64,000 bases of DNA from Octopus sinensis (GCF_006345805.1 NC_043016.1:25048001-25112000); one strand, 5' to 3'. Shown: positions 15,862 to 28,093, counted from the stretch's first letter. Numbers and translations: made by a program. Notes: generated from the letters alone by a model not told the origin.

Positions 15862-16087
15862 TTTCTGTGTCTACGGTAGGTACGGTCATTTCTTGAACTG
15901 TTACTCCATGTTTGGTATCGGGTCGGGGCACAACTTCACAACAGAAACGTTCAAATTGATGGCGGTTCTCGCTGACCGATAATTCGGAGGCCGGTTTTAT
16001 ATTTTCTTTCACCGAGATATCCCCCAAAGCATCGGACTCAATGAGTCCGACAGTTTTTTTAGCCTTCTCACCACCGGTCGCATTCAT
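15862..16087 (-). CDS. Candidate first coding exon of an unidentified host gene (MNATGGEKAKKTVGLIESDALGDISVKENIKPASELSVSENRHQFERFCCEVVPRPDTKHGVTVQEMTVPTVDTE, phase-1 intron)
   Basis: ATG at 16087, 75 non-repetitive codons plus 1 nt, then a consensus donor GTGAGT (plus strand actcac 15856-15861). CpG-rich relative to the flanks. No downstream exon was identified in the window. Confidence 0.55.
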
Positions 16088-17710
16088 CGTTCACGAATTG
16101 TTCCTATTGCAGTAGTAGTACAGAGCAGCAGTAGTGATTGTTGCCAACTAGATTCGAAACCTTCCTCTCTTTCTTTCTCTGTAAATGACTCTGCCTCTTT
16201 AGAACCTCTCTATGTTGGGTGGTAATGCTTTCTTTTTCACTAACTCTCTGTTTCTTTCCCCCTCAGTTTCACTAATTCTCTCTCTTTCTTTTCCCCCACA
16301 CTTTCACTAATTCACTCTCTCCCTCCCTCTATTCCCTCAGCTCCTGTTCTTGTTCTCTTTCTGTATGTCCCATTCTCCTTTTTCTATTTTCCTCTATTTT
16401 ATCTCTCTTCCCTTCCACATTTTTCTACAGTCCCCCCTCTCTCTTTCTCTTTCTCAGTCTCTCTCCTTCCTTCTATCTTTCCTTCGTTCTTGACAAATCT
16501 TTCTTCTGTTTTGAGGGAACCGGCTATTTTCAGTTGATTTCCATCAACACCAATAGACAGAAACGGACAGGAGAAACAAAATAAAGGTGAAAAACGTGCT
16601 AGACTAAAAATCAGAGAATGAAAAGACAGTGTGATAGGAACAGGTAACGCAGAAAACGAGGTAGAGATGCACTTAGAAAAAACAAGCGAAAGAAGAGTAA
16701 AATTATAAAATACAACAGTTCCTGGCTATCATACAGTTGATCTTACAATAATAAACTTGATTTTATAGATCAATTTTCCGGAATTTTGTAGATAACGAAA
16801 GTTTAGGTAGAAATATTTAAGGTGGTGGAGGAAAAATAAATATGCGTATATTTCTTTCCTATTAAGGAATTAGAATTTCTTTTTAAGACAAGATAAATAT
16901 AGAAAATAACTAACGGAATTTTTGGAGGGGAGCACCAGTTGCTCTGGTGTAGTGCATATAAATGAATGCAGTGTGTATATTTCTATTTTAATTTTTTCAA
17001 TTTTTTTCTTTTTTCCGTTTTTCTGTCTATTTTCTTGGTGTTCAACACATACATACCTATGCATACACCCATACGAACATGCAAATATGCATTCTTGCAT
17101 GCACGCACACATAGTAACTATGCATACACACATACAAACACATATGCATACACATACAAACATATATGCATACACATGCACACATACAAACATGCATACA
17201 CATACACGCATACTCGCATACACATACATGCATGCACACACACACATGCACACACATGTGACTGGTTGAATAAGCCATTTTATTATAAATTTGGCCCTAC
17301 AAAAAAGTGAAGGGATTATAGATGTTAGGTAGAAATAATAAGAAAGGGCACCAGTTGCTCGGAAATATGGGTAATTTAGGGAGTTTTTTTCTTTTCTTTT
17401 CTTAGTCCCTCTACATGGTCGCTCGACATGTTGGAAATAGCAGCCAAATTTTCAACTCAAGTGCTTTGCTGTCTTCAAAGAGAGCACGTTGAAAAATTAT
17501 TATGATCTAGTGTTCTTTGCTCATAAGAAAAAGACGTCACAGATGGAAGGCTTTTGATAAGAGGCCTGCTCCTTAAGGGCTGACCCAAAGGTAAACAACA
17601 TTGGCACCGTGGAAAGGAAAACCGAGCTGTTGTCAAAAACTATTGGAGTTGGCTCCCTTGATTGGGATTTTGAGATTTTAAACATCCCTAAATGCAGTTT
17701 TATCTTAGAA

Positions 17711-18100
17711 CTAGCAGTCTCGCCCGGCGTTGCTCGGGTTTGTAAGGGAAATAACTATATAAGCATTTTTAAAGATGTAAAGTATAATAGCCATCTCAAT
17801 ATGGCTAACCACAAAGGGGAGTATTACTGTAGCTTTTTTTCTGAGATTTAATAATACATTTTAGAGAGTTACTTCCCTTATATAATAGCAAAAAATGCAT
17901 TAAAAATGGGAAAAAATGATGGTAATTTTTTTTTTTAATCGTAGACTCATCGTAGACGCGCGCTAATACCCAGAAGGGCTCGATATGAATCACGACTATA
18001 AGATACCCGGTTTTGGTTACACTGCACCGCAAAATGTGGGAGTAGTTAGGAATCTAAATCGTAGGAGACAGACACACAACCTTACTTTTATATATAAAGA
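17711..18100 (-). mobile_element. Non-autonomous Helitron (390 bp)
   Basis: The minus strand starts TC(tttatatataaaag) and ends CTAG, with the subterminal hairpin cccgagcaacgccggg just upstream. Inserted between A17710 and T18101 with no TSD. Confidence 0.8.
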
Positions 18101-18254
18101 TTGCAAGAATAAGCTCAGTAATTCGATGATTTTTCATTTCCCCTGCGTTACATGTGTGTAGAAAAAGGATGTATTTTCCTTTTATAATGTGTGTGTGTAT
18201 GTGTGTGTGTTTGTGCGTGTGTGTGTGTATGTGTGTGTGTATGCGTGTGTGTGT

Positions 18255-18460
18255 GTATGTGTGTGTACGCGCGCGGTGGCGTCGGCGGACTTGGCAGTGT
18301 TTGGAGCATCTAACAACGTGTCTTGTGATATTTATTTGCAGCCACTTTACATTTTAAGTTCAATTTCCTTCGATCCCGGAAGATCTTGGTGAAGTTTCTT
18401 ACAAACACACTTCAACCTCCGACCCACAAACGTGCCGCCTATTTTTTTTTTCTGTCTTTT
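18255..18460. promoter_or_regulatory. CpG-rich TSS/5'UTR-like segment
   Basis: Unique sequence gcgcgcggtggcgtcggcggacttggc... with a local CpG excess in an otherwise CpG-poor window. Confidence 0.3.
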
Positions 18461-18566
18461 CGTCTGATTATAAATCGATTGGCCTTTGCTCCTTAGTTAG
18501 AGCTGGGTATCTCGTGCTATTCAGATACTTTCAACACTTCTCTCTCTCTCTCTATTTATCTATCTG

Positions 18567-18653
<87 letters not shown>

Positions 18654-19927
18654 CAACACACACACACACGCTCAAACACACACACACTCCCATTCCGTCA
18701 CCTACATTGTCCACACCACCACATATTAATGCTTTAACCTTTATACTCCAGCTCTTCTGAACCTCTGGAATTTCCTTCTTGTACATTCATTTACTTGTTT
18801 TATTTATTTATCATCTTCAGCTGTCGACTTGCTGCTCTTCAAGAGAAACCTTAAAACCAGGGGCGTGGGAAAGGTCTTGGCTGCCGTGTGCGGTTGCCAA
18901 ATTGGCCACCACCACCCACTTCTCTACACATAACATACCTACAATAAAGCGGATACGTATATTATAGAAAGACCGCCGTATTTGAATCCCTTTTCCTACG
19001 TTCCCCACTACATTAACCACATCATTTTCTCCAGTCTTGTAAGATGTGAGAAAACCGTGAGCATAGACTTCTTTCCTTCTGATTGAAAGCAATTAAAAAC
19101 AGAGATTCTATGACGAGTTAATAGTTACTCTCTGAAGCATCCTAAACGAAAATAGAATTACAAGAGACAAGAACACAAATTCATTTAGATAGTAATACAT
19201 ATAGCTACAACGGGAAATCAAACCTGAACTCCTCAACTCCTTGGAGAGCCCCATCCTTAAGGTATGGCTCATTGGACAATTGCCCAGGGGTCTCACAAGG
19301 TCTAGGAATCCAATTCTGATTTATGTATGCTGTGATTTGGTGTTAATAAATTCAAACTATAGGTCCCAATTGCCTACAACGCTGGTGAAGGTAAAGAATA
19401 TGCACACCCGGTGTTTAGGGTTAGGGCTACACTGAAAAATGGATAGTGTGCGTATTCTTTACCTCCGCTTACAACGCTGTTATCACGGCTCTTTTTCCGT
19501 TTACAATAATTTTTTAGGTGTGTGTGCATACACATGCGTGCACACGCCCATACCCATACACACACAAATATATAAAGACCTGGTAGGGTTTAAAGACAGG
19601 TAGTAAAGAAATAGTTATTTCCAATGCGGCACTCAACCCGAGCACTAGGCTATCAACACTCGGATTCCAGACAAATACCAAAATTCTTCAGGTGTAAAAA
19701 ATCCTGATTTCACGACGATATAACTATTGTGAGGATTCAACGAAGAGTAAAATATGTGATAAAGAATTTTTTTTGTCTTTGGATTATATGTATATTTCAG
19801 GTAGCGACAAATTCAAAGGAAGCAAAGCCCTGCCATATAGAATAAAGAATTCAAAGATAAATCTGTGTGAATAAATATTCAATCCATAATCGCTAGTCTG
19901 ACTAAATATATTTCGTCAGATTAATGA

Positions 19928-20327
19928 TTTACTCTTTTACTTGTTTCAGTCATTTGACTGCGACCATAATGAAGCAGCGCCTTTAGTTGAGCAACTCGAC
20001 CCCAGGACTTATTCTTCGTAAGCCTAGTACTTATTCTATCGGTTCTTTTGCTGAACCGCTAAGTTACGGGGACGTAAACACACCAGCATCGGTTGTCAAG
20101 CGATGTTGGGGGGATTCACACAAACATATATATACACATACATACATATATATATATATGTACATATATACGACGGGATTCTTTCAGTTTCCGTCTACCA
20201 AATCCACTCACAAGGCTTTGGTCGGCCTGAGGCTATAGTAGAAGGCACTTCCCCAAGGTGCTACGCAATGGAACTGAACCCGGAACCCTGTGGTTGGTAA
20301 GCAAGCTACTTACCACACAGCCACTCC
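19928..20327 (-). mobile_element. tRNA-type SINE, family 1, full length
   Basis: Head ggagtggctgtgtggtaagtagcttgc, tail gtaaaagag. Close copies at 23477-23854 (+), 53655-54036 (-) and 54154-54552 (+). Confidence 0.85.
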
Positions 20328-22150
20328 TAAAATATATGAGCGGGTGTGTAGGTGAGTGTAATTTGATACAAACTGGAGTATCGGGGGGAGGGGAGGGGAG
20401 AAACAACAAAAAGTACTTTAGAGTATTTCTTCCGACTTTTAGTCTGAGTTCAAATCTCACCGCCGATGTCTACTTTGTTTTTCATCCCCCACCGGAGCGG
20501 TTAAAATAAGTACTGGGACCATCGTCCCAGTCAAGTACTGGGACGATGGTGTTAACCCCTTCCTTCTCTTAAAATTGTTCTCGTGCCAACATTTGAAACT
20601 ATTTTTTGTCTGCCAATAAAAAGAAAACACACACATAAATAACCGCACGCACATACATCATTAGGTAGGTAGGTGTGATCAGGTAAGTATATGTATGTTA
20701 AAATAAGTGTATATGTGTGTGTTGGCAATCTTTCGGTATTAGCAGAGGCCTCCTTTTTATCTTCTTTTTCCAACCTAGTTTCTTTATCTTCGTCATAAGG
20801 GAATGTGTTTGGGTGGATTGACGTCGTCTACTAGTACCGAAAGACTGTCAGTCAGACTGACAGACAGACATATAGATGACGGCTATATCTTGTAATTGAC
20901 GGACTTTCGAACCGATATTTTTGTAATGTTTTTTTCTATTTCACTGAGTTTTGCATTTTGGGTGTCGATTTCAAGATAATATATCTTCTCTTCCTGAAAG
21001 AAATTTAGACAGATTTTAACAAATACCTGTCTTCCTTTCTCCATTTTCATACTGTTTCTTTCACTTATTTCTGTCTCATTCAGTCTAGTTTTTAGTACTT
21101 TTATATATAATAATATAAAATATATCACTATCTATCTATCTCTCCCTCCCCCCTCTTTCTCTCTGTTTAGCAACGCGTTTTCTTTCTGATATCTTGTCTA
21201 TCAATCAATCTGCCTTTTCATTGCTGCAAATTGCAGGTCTCCTCTATCTGCTAACAGTTCATGTTCTACTTTTGAGTCGGATGATCGATTTATAGATAGA
21301 TTGATAGATTGATTGATAAATTAATAGATCTGTAGATAGAAAAATAACAAATGGCTAATAGACAGATACATAACATCACTCCCCCTCCCTAATCTCCCCT
21401 AGTATCACCTTCTATCTCTCTCCATCATATATTCTTTTATATCAACTGTCAATTGACCTAATTATAGCCCTCTTAATTTAACATTGTCACATATTCTGTA
21501 TTATATAGATGAAGAGAGAGAGGATGAGGAGGAGAGAGGATGGCAGACAGACATGCCGACAGACAGAATTATTCGTATTTTCCGAAATAGTAAAATTAAG
21601 AGAGCATTATGTAATGCTGAATTTTTACTGAGTATAAGCTACATCCCATAGAAGAGGAAAGACTCAGTCAAAACAGTTTAGAGACCTGACTAGTTCATAT
21701 CTAGTCACCATCATTGCATTGTATCTATGGCCAAGATATTTAAATATCTATTTCTTTATTACACACAAGGGGCTAAACACAGAGGGGACAAACAAGGACA
21801 GACATAGGTATTAAGTCGATTACATCGACCCCAGTGCGTAACTGGTACTTAATTTATCGACCCCGAAAGGATGAAAGGCAAAGTGGACCTCGGCGGAATT
21901 TGAACTCACAACGTAACGCAGGCGAAATACCGCTAAGCATTTCACCCGGCGTGCTAACGTTATTTAAATATCAACAGCCCAGTCTAGCTAGCTGTAAGAA
22001 GTTACCACAATGTGGTATAGCTCACTATACTGTGTCCATGACCAACACATTTGACTATCAACAGTCCACTATCTGAGTAGGACCCACAGTCTGGTAGAGT
22101 TCAGTGTATTATATCTGTGACCAAGTTGCTCAACTTTTAACAGTCTAGTC

Positions 22151-22366
22151 CAGGGGTGGGCAAACTACGGCCCGCGGGCCGCATGCGGCCCGCCATAGGT
22201 TTTCATGCGGCCCGCCGAGAACTTTTATGAATCCCAACTTCTATGCAGATACTTCGTAACTGTACGGTAATTCACAATATTTTCACTTGATTTTTATAAA
22301 TGAGGCCCGCCAAGGTTCCAAAGACGCACTGTGCGGCCCGCGATCAAAAAAGTTTGCCCACCCCTG
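22151..22366. mobile_element. hAT (Charlie/MER58-like) MITE, 216 bp
   Basis: Perfect 16-bp TIR caggggtgggcaaact/agtttgcccacccctg. 8-bp TSD gtctagtc at 22143-22150 and 22367-22374. Confidence 0.93.
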
Positions 22367-22613
22367 GTCTAGTCTATCTAGCTGTAAGTAGGTCCTAGAG
22401 TGTGGTATAATTTACTTATTCATACTTATATTTTCCCAACTTTTTTTTATTGGTTTCACCTGCAGTTATCATCGTGTAACTTGTTCCTGGGTGAATACTA
22501 TTGGATTCAAACTTGCAACCTTTATTCTGAGAGCAACACTTATCAAAGAGGCCAGTATTCATATAATGTGTGTGTGTAATTACATATGTGTGTGTGTGTG
22601 TGTGTATTTATTA

Positions 22614-22645
<32 letters not shown>

Positions 22646-22651
22646 CATACA

Positions 22652-22737
<86 letters not shown>

Positions 22738-22739
22738 CA

Positions 22740-23365
22740 TGATGGCTGCCCCCTCGTTATCAAGTATGGCCATTGCACGAAGCTTAACTGTTATTGGTGC
22801 TGTCATCGAATGTGACTTTTTAGCCCAGCTAATATCTACAATGTCTTGTACAGAATTGGCAACTAAAACCTTTACCGGTAATAGCCGGCTGTAGTTGTAA
22901 CTGGGTTTCATGTACCTTTGCATGTCGCTTAAGTCCTCCTGCCGAATTACACTCTCTTCCACATGCCTGACAGATATGATTAGTATGGTATGTAACACCA
23001 CCACCAGTGGCCAGGTTGTCACTCATCTGTCTTGCTTTGTGACTACGAAGATGACTCTTGAGTCCAGCTTTACTGAGGCAGAGTCTTGAACAGACACTGC
23101 ATGTCAGCATCATAGGAAGACCCTTCCCATCTGGAAGTGTAACAGCGATGCCCTTCCTGACATCACTTCTTACTTTCTCATGACAACTCGAGATTTCTCA
23201 AAAGTAGCTGTCCCCTTGTGCACAATCCTTCATCTGCTATGATCAATAGCCATGCCCTCCCATGTGTCAGGAGAGGTGCAAGCATCTCTTAAGGAAACCT
23301 TCAGCAAGTCCTTATACCTCTTTTTTGGTTTATGTGGGGGGTGTTCTCCTTTAGCTAACTCTCCA
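22740..23365 (-). mobile_element. RTE-type LINE 3' end with multiple C2H2 zinc fingers
   Basis: GELAKG....KPKKRYKDLLKVSL...WE.MA.D.S.W is followed by CSVCSRLCLSKAGLKSHLRSH and CQACGRECNSAGGLKRHAKVH. Ends in a (TATG)n tail. Confidence 0.8.
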
Positions 23366-23417
23366 TAAAAGATATATATACATAGATGCAAACATACATA
23401 TATAAATATATATATAC

Positions 23418-23470
<53 letters not shown>

Positions 23471-23476
23471 GATGCA

Positions 23477-23854
23477 GGAGTGGCTGTGTGGTAAGTAGCT
23501 TGCTTACCAACCACATGGTTCCGGGTTCAGTCCCACTGCGTGGCATCTTGGGCAAGTGTCTTCTACTATAGCCTCGAGTCGACCAAAGCCTTGTGAGTGG
23601 ATTTGGTAGAGGGGAAACTGAAAGAAGTCCATCGTATATATGTATATATATGTGTGTGTGTGTCTGTATCGGCCCCCTAGCATTGCTTGACAACCAATGC
23701 TGGTGTGTTTATGTCCCTGTCACTTAGCATTTCAGCAAAAGAGAGCGATAGAATAAGTACTAGGCTTACAAAGAATAATTCCAGGGTCAATTTACACGAC
23801 TAAAAGCGGTAATCCAGCATGGCCGCAGTCAAATGACTGAAACAAGTAAAAGAG
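23477..23854 (+). mobile_element. tRNA-type SINE, family 1, full length
   Basis: Matches the copy at 19928-20327 in reverse complement. Confidence 0.85.
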
Positions 23855-24628
23855 TATATATATATATATATAATGAAGAAATAAGTGATATAGATATCCA
23901 CTTTATACAGCTCAACTGATTAGCGCTCTGACAGAGCTTCAGGAATATAAAATTAAGGAGGAGAGAGAACAAATTCAAAGGCCGATGTATATATTCATTC
24001 AATCCATATTAATGAAATTCTCCATGGTATACGAAGTAAATATATAGAAGCATTCATCTAAATGATATATAAAAAAAAATTCTAAGAATTTATAAATACA
24101 TACATATACACAGAAATTTATAAATATATTAAAATTCATAGGCATATAAAAATTTATAAACACATAAAAATTCATAAATATAAATATATAAAAATATAAG
24201 TCCATAAATGTACTTGCGAAGTTTGAATGTTCCAATTTGAATCAATAACGTGGATGATAAAGCAGACCAGATAACAAACACATGCATACATATATATATA
24301 TGATGGGCTTCTTTTAGTTTCTATCTGCCAAATCCACTCACAAGGATTTGGTTGGCCTGAGGCTATAGTATAAGATACTTGCCCACGATACTACACAGTG
24401 GGACTGAACCCAGAACCATGTGGTTGGGAAGCAAGTTTCTTACCACACACCCATTCCTATGCCTATATGTATGTATATGTATATATATATATATATATAT
24501 ATAATACATATTATATATGTGTATGTATATATATATATATATATGAGCGTCTAATAATACTATTTTTGTTCCACGTCCTCGCGTTGTTGTGTTTTTTTGT
24601 GTTTTCTTGTTTGGATTAACTAACTATA

Positions 24629-25880
24629 CGAGGGGCGTTCAATAAGTAATGCCCCTGACCCACTTCCCATAGCAGTAGAGCAACGACACTTGGCACAGTT
24701 ATTAGTCTTTTTCTACATAGGAACCACCCAGAGTTACGCATTTCTCCCATTGTTTGATACAGCTCTGGAGACCGTTTTTGTAGAAGACCCCAGCTTGGTC
24801 CTCCAACCACGACGTGACTTCAGAAATCAAGGCTGCATCATCTGGGAAACGCTTTCCTTTCAAAATCAACTTCATGGCTGGGAAGAGGTGAAAATCAGAG
24901 GGTGCAAGGGGAGGAGTTCGTAGCTGCTTCTGATCTGGCGACACGCGAGTTGTGGACCGGAGCGTTGTCCTGCAGGAGGAGGATGCCTTTGCTGATCTTG
25001 CCCCGCCTCTTGATTTTGATAGCTTCTCTTAATTTCCTCAAAAGTGAAGCATAATAGGCTCCTGTAATTGTGGTACCCTTTGCCAGGAAATCTGTCATCA
25101 CTACTCCGTCCTGGTCCCAGAAGACTGTGAACATAACCTTGTCAGCGGAGGGCTGCACCCTTGCCTTCTTTGGAGGAGGTGAGTCACGGTGCTTTCACTG
25201 CATTGACTGGGCTTTGGTCTATGGATCATAGTGATGGACCCAGGTTTTATCCTGTGTGATCAGTCTTTTGAAAAATTTTGACTCATCTTCTTGGCACATC
25301 TCCAAATTCATCCTCAAGCACTCAACGCGTTCTTGCTTCTGGAAAGGTGTGAGCAACCTGGAAATTCATCTGGCAGACACCTTTTGCATATGCAAATGGT
25401 CATGAATGATAGTTTCCACAGACCCGGTACTAATCTTAACCTTGGGCTATTTGGCGAATAGTTATGCGTTGACCTTCCAAAATGGCAGCCTCAACTTGAC
25501 GGACAGACGTCTCATCAATGACAGAAGGGGGCGACCAGATCTGGGAGCTGTTTCCACAGAGTTCCGACTATGTTTGAATTCACAATGCCAGCGTTTTACA
25601 AGGTCATACAATGGGGCATCATCACCATAAGTTACTTTCATTTCATCAAAAGTCTCCTGTGGTGTGCGTCCTTTCAAATACAAAAACCAGATCACTGCTC
25701 GACACTCAACAGGCTCCATTTCACACTTGACTCAGTTCAAACACCTGTAAATCAGAAACCACAATTAGTTCAGAGCTGTAATTCGCCACTTAATCTATAG
25801 AGGTATAAATAAGTGCACATGCAAAATTTCAGCTAGATCAAACAACTGCAAATGGGTCAGGGGCATTACTTATTGAACGC
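24629..25880 (-). mobile_element. Mariner (DD34D-type) transposon, near full length, inactivated
   Basis: Left TIR cgaggggcgttcaataagtaatgcccctgaccc after TA. Right TIR gggtcaggggcattacttattgaacgc. Transposase pieces MEPVECRAVI..., WVHHYDP, LLQDNAPVH and LAPSDFHLF, with stops and frameshifts. Confidence 0.93.
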
Positions 25881-26075
25881 ACACACACACATATATATAT
25901 ATATTAAAGTTAATGTCCAGTCACAGAGTGGTCAATGGCTTTGCAATGGTCTTGCAAAACCATTGGTCACTCTATGATTGGACATTTACTTTATTACTTT
26001 AATACTTTACTGTTCTATGCTTTAGAGTGTGCTTCTATTTCAGATATATGAAACATTGATGATATATATGTATGT

Positions 26076-26122
<47 letters not shown>

Positions 26123-26395
26123 CAAACATACATATGTATATATATAGTTAATCCAAACATGAAAACACAAAGAGAAAACAGCACCATGATGCAATTCACA
26201 CTGCCTGAAATTTGGAAACAACATGCTGTACTGCTTGGTCTTCGAGCCAGAAGCTCAATACAAACATTTCAAAGTGTTTGAGTGTCAATTTGAGGACATG
26301 TCCCGAGAGTGATAAAAGTCTAACATCCAGTCAACATCATGGTGATTGGAGTGATCACTATTATATTATATTCACTGTTTATTCACCACACCTTG

Positions 26396-26442
<47 letters not shown>

Positions 26443-27329
26443 ATAAAAATAGAAGCATGCTATTATAATAATCTTTATTTACCCCACAAGACGTACATTA
26501 CCAGTGTGTTTGCCAGAGGCTTTGGTTTTGGCATAGTGGAAATTACTCTCTCAAGGTACCAGATGTTAAAATGCCTAAAAGTCATGCACAGGTTTGACAA
26601 CTCACCTGAACCCCATTCAAGAGTGATGGACATCAATGTTTCGACATTTTCAACGTCCATCACTCCTGAATGGGATCTGGAGTGGGTTGTCTCACCTGTT
26701 TGTGACTTTCAGGTGTTTTAACACCTGGTGCTTTGAGGGAGTAATCTCCACCATGTCAAATCGCAGCCTACTGGCAAACACCACAAGGCATATAAACTAA
26801 GTATGTATGGTCGATAATGATATAAATACATATGTATGTATGTATACATACATAAATACACACACAAACACATGCATACATACAAACTTACATACATACA
26901 CCTACATACATACACACACACATACGTACATTCATGTATACATACATAGTGGTTACCTACTCCTTTTGCAGTATCTGACCACTTCTTGTACATACACCTT
27001 AGATCAACCATGGTGTGTGTGGCTTTTTAAACCAGATAATGTTTTGAAAAGACACCCACATAAATTGCAAATCTGCTTTGGACCACCAAGAACTGCAGTT
27101 AGGTTCTGATCTTTGTGGATCTTAAAATACATACATACATACACATACACACATAACTGGTTTCTTTTATAACCAGTTTATCTCTCAATTCATTTACACA
27201 TTGTTATTCGCAACCACTCAAATAGCACCTCCAACAAACCATGCTATGATGGGCCAGTCATCTCATACAATATTCTTGTTATCCAACACTGTATTAATCA
27301 TTAAGCAAAATAAGCACAGGCTTAGGATA

Positions 27330-28093
27330 CCAAGAGAAGGGAAGGGTACCACAGAAATGGTAAATGGTTTACAGAACATAAAAAAGAACTTTAAACTTGC
27401 TAAAATAAACATTATTGATTGTGCCTTCCCAAATGTAGACATTACCTTTCATGTATTTTTAACATTAATCATCACAAATTCCTCAGCTGAGAGTTCATTT
27501 TCTCAGCTGTATGATGAAAATCCCATCAGAACAACTATGCAAAAAGGCAGTATAGATGCCATATCTCAACTAAGTATAGAAGCAGATTTGTTATGTTGTA
27601 TTAATTTTGAGGATCTGATCAAAGACTTTGGAATTTAAAAAAATCAAGAGAAAACTTTACAAATATAAATGAAGTGGAAGTATACAAAACTAAACATTAT
27701 TTTCCATCTTACAGTTAATTCTACTTCATTTTGCAAAATAAAAATCATTATTTAATGTCTGCTTACCAAGCTGGCATGGGTTAGACAGTTTGACTGGAAC
27801 TGCACCAGGTTCCAGTCTGGTTTGGCACGGTTTCTATGGCTGGATGCTCTTCCTAATGTCAACTACTCCAAGAGTGCAATGGTTGCTTTTTATGTGCCAC
27901 CAGCATGGGCACCAGTTATGTGACACCGGCATTGGCCATGACTTGGTTTGACAAGTCTTCTCAAGCACAGCATATCACCAAAGGTCTCGGTCACTTAATA
28001 GTTTATTATTGTTTATATTTTGAATTACATATATATGGGGGCACAAAAATCCTTTAAGTGCTTAGGACTTCAATTGGTTTCAATCTGGCCCTG
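27330..28093 (+). mobile_element. hAT transposase C-terminal (dimerization domain) remnant with 3' end
   Basis: FPNVDITFHVFLTLIITNSSAESSFSQL...IRTTM...LSIEADLL...FEDLIKDF fits the hATC pattern. Putative terminus ggccctg at about 28093. Interrupted by a repeat tail at about 27770-27990. Confidence 0.7.

Noticed and set aside
15862-16087. Naming the exon as naked cuticle or a Kv1 channel from FERFCCEVV
   Set aside because: Only a few residues resemble those proteins and the flanking motifs are absent, so no symbol was assigned.
22829-23113. Host C2H2 zinc-finger gene
   Set aside because: It is contiguous with RTE C-terminal motifs and a retroelement tail, and it contains stops and frameshifts.
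23477-23560. tRNA gene
   Set aside because: The tRNA-like head is joined to a SINE body and tail found in several copies. No cloverleaf is supportable.
24702-25719. Functional or domesticated (SETMAR-like) transposase
   Set aside because: It has in-frame stops and frameshifts, no SET domain, and TIRs are present.
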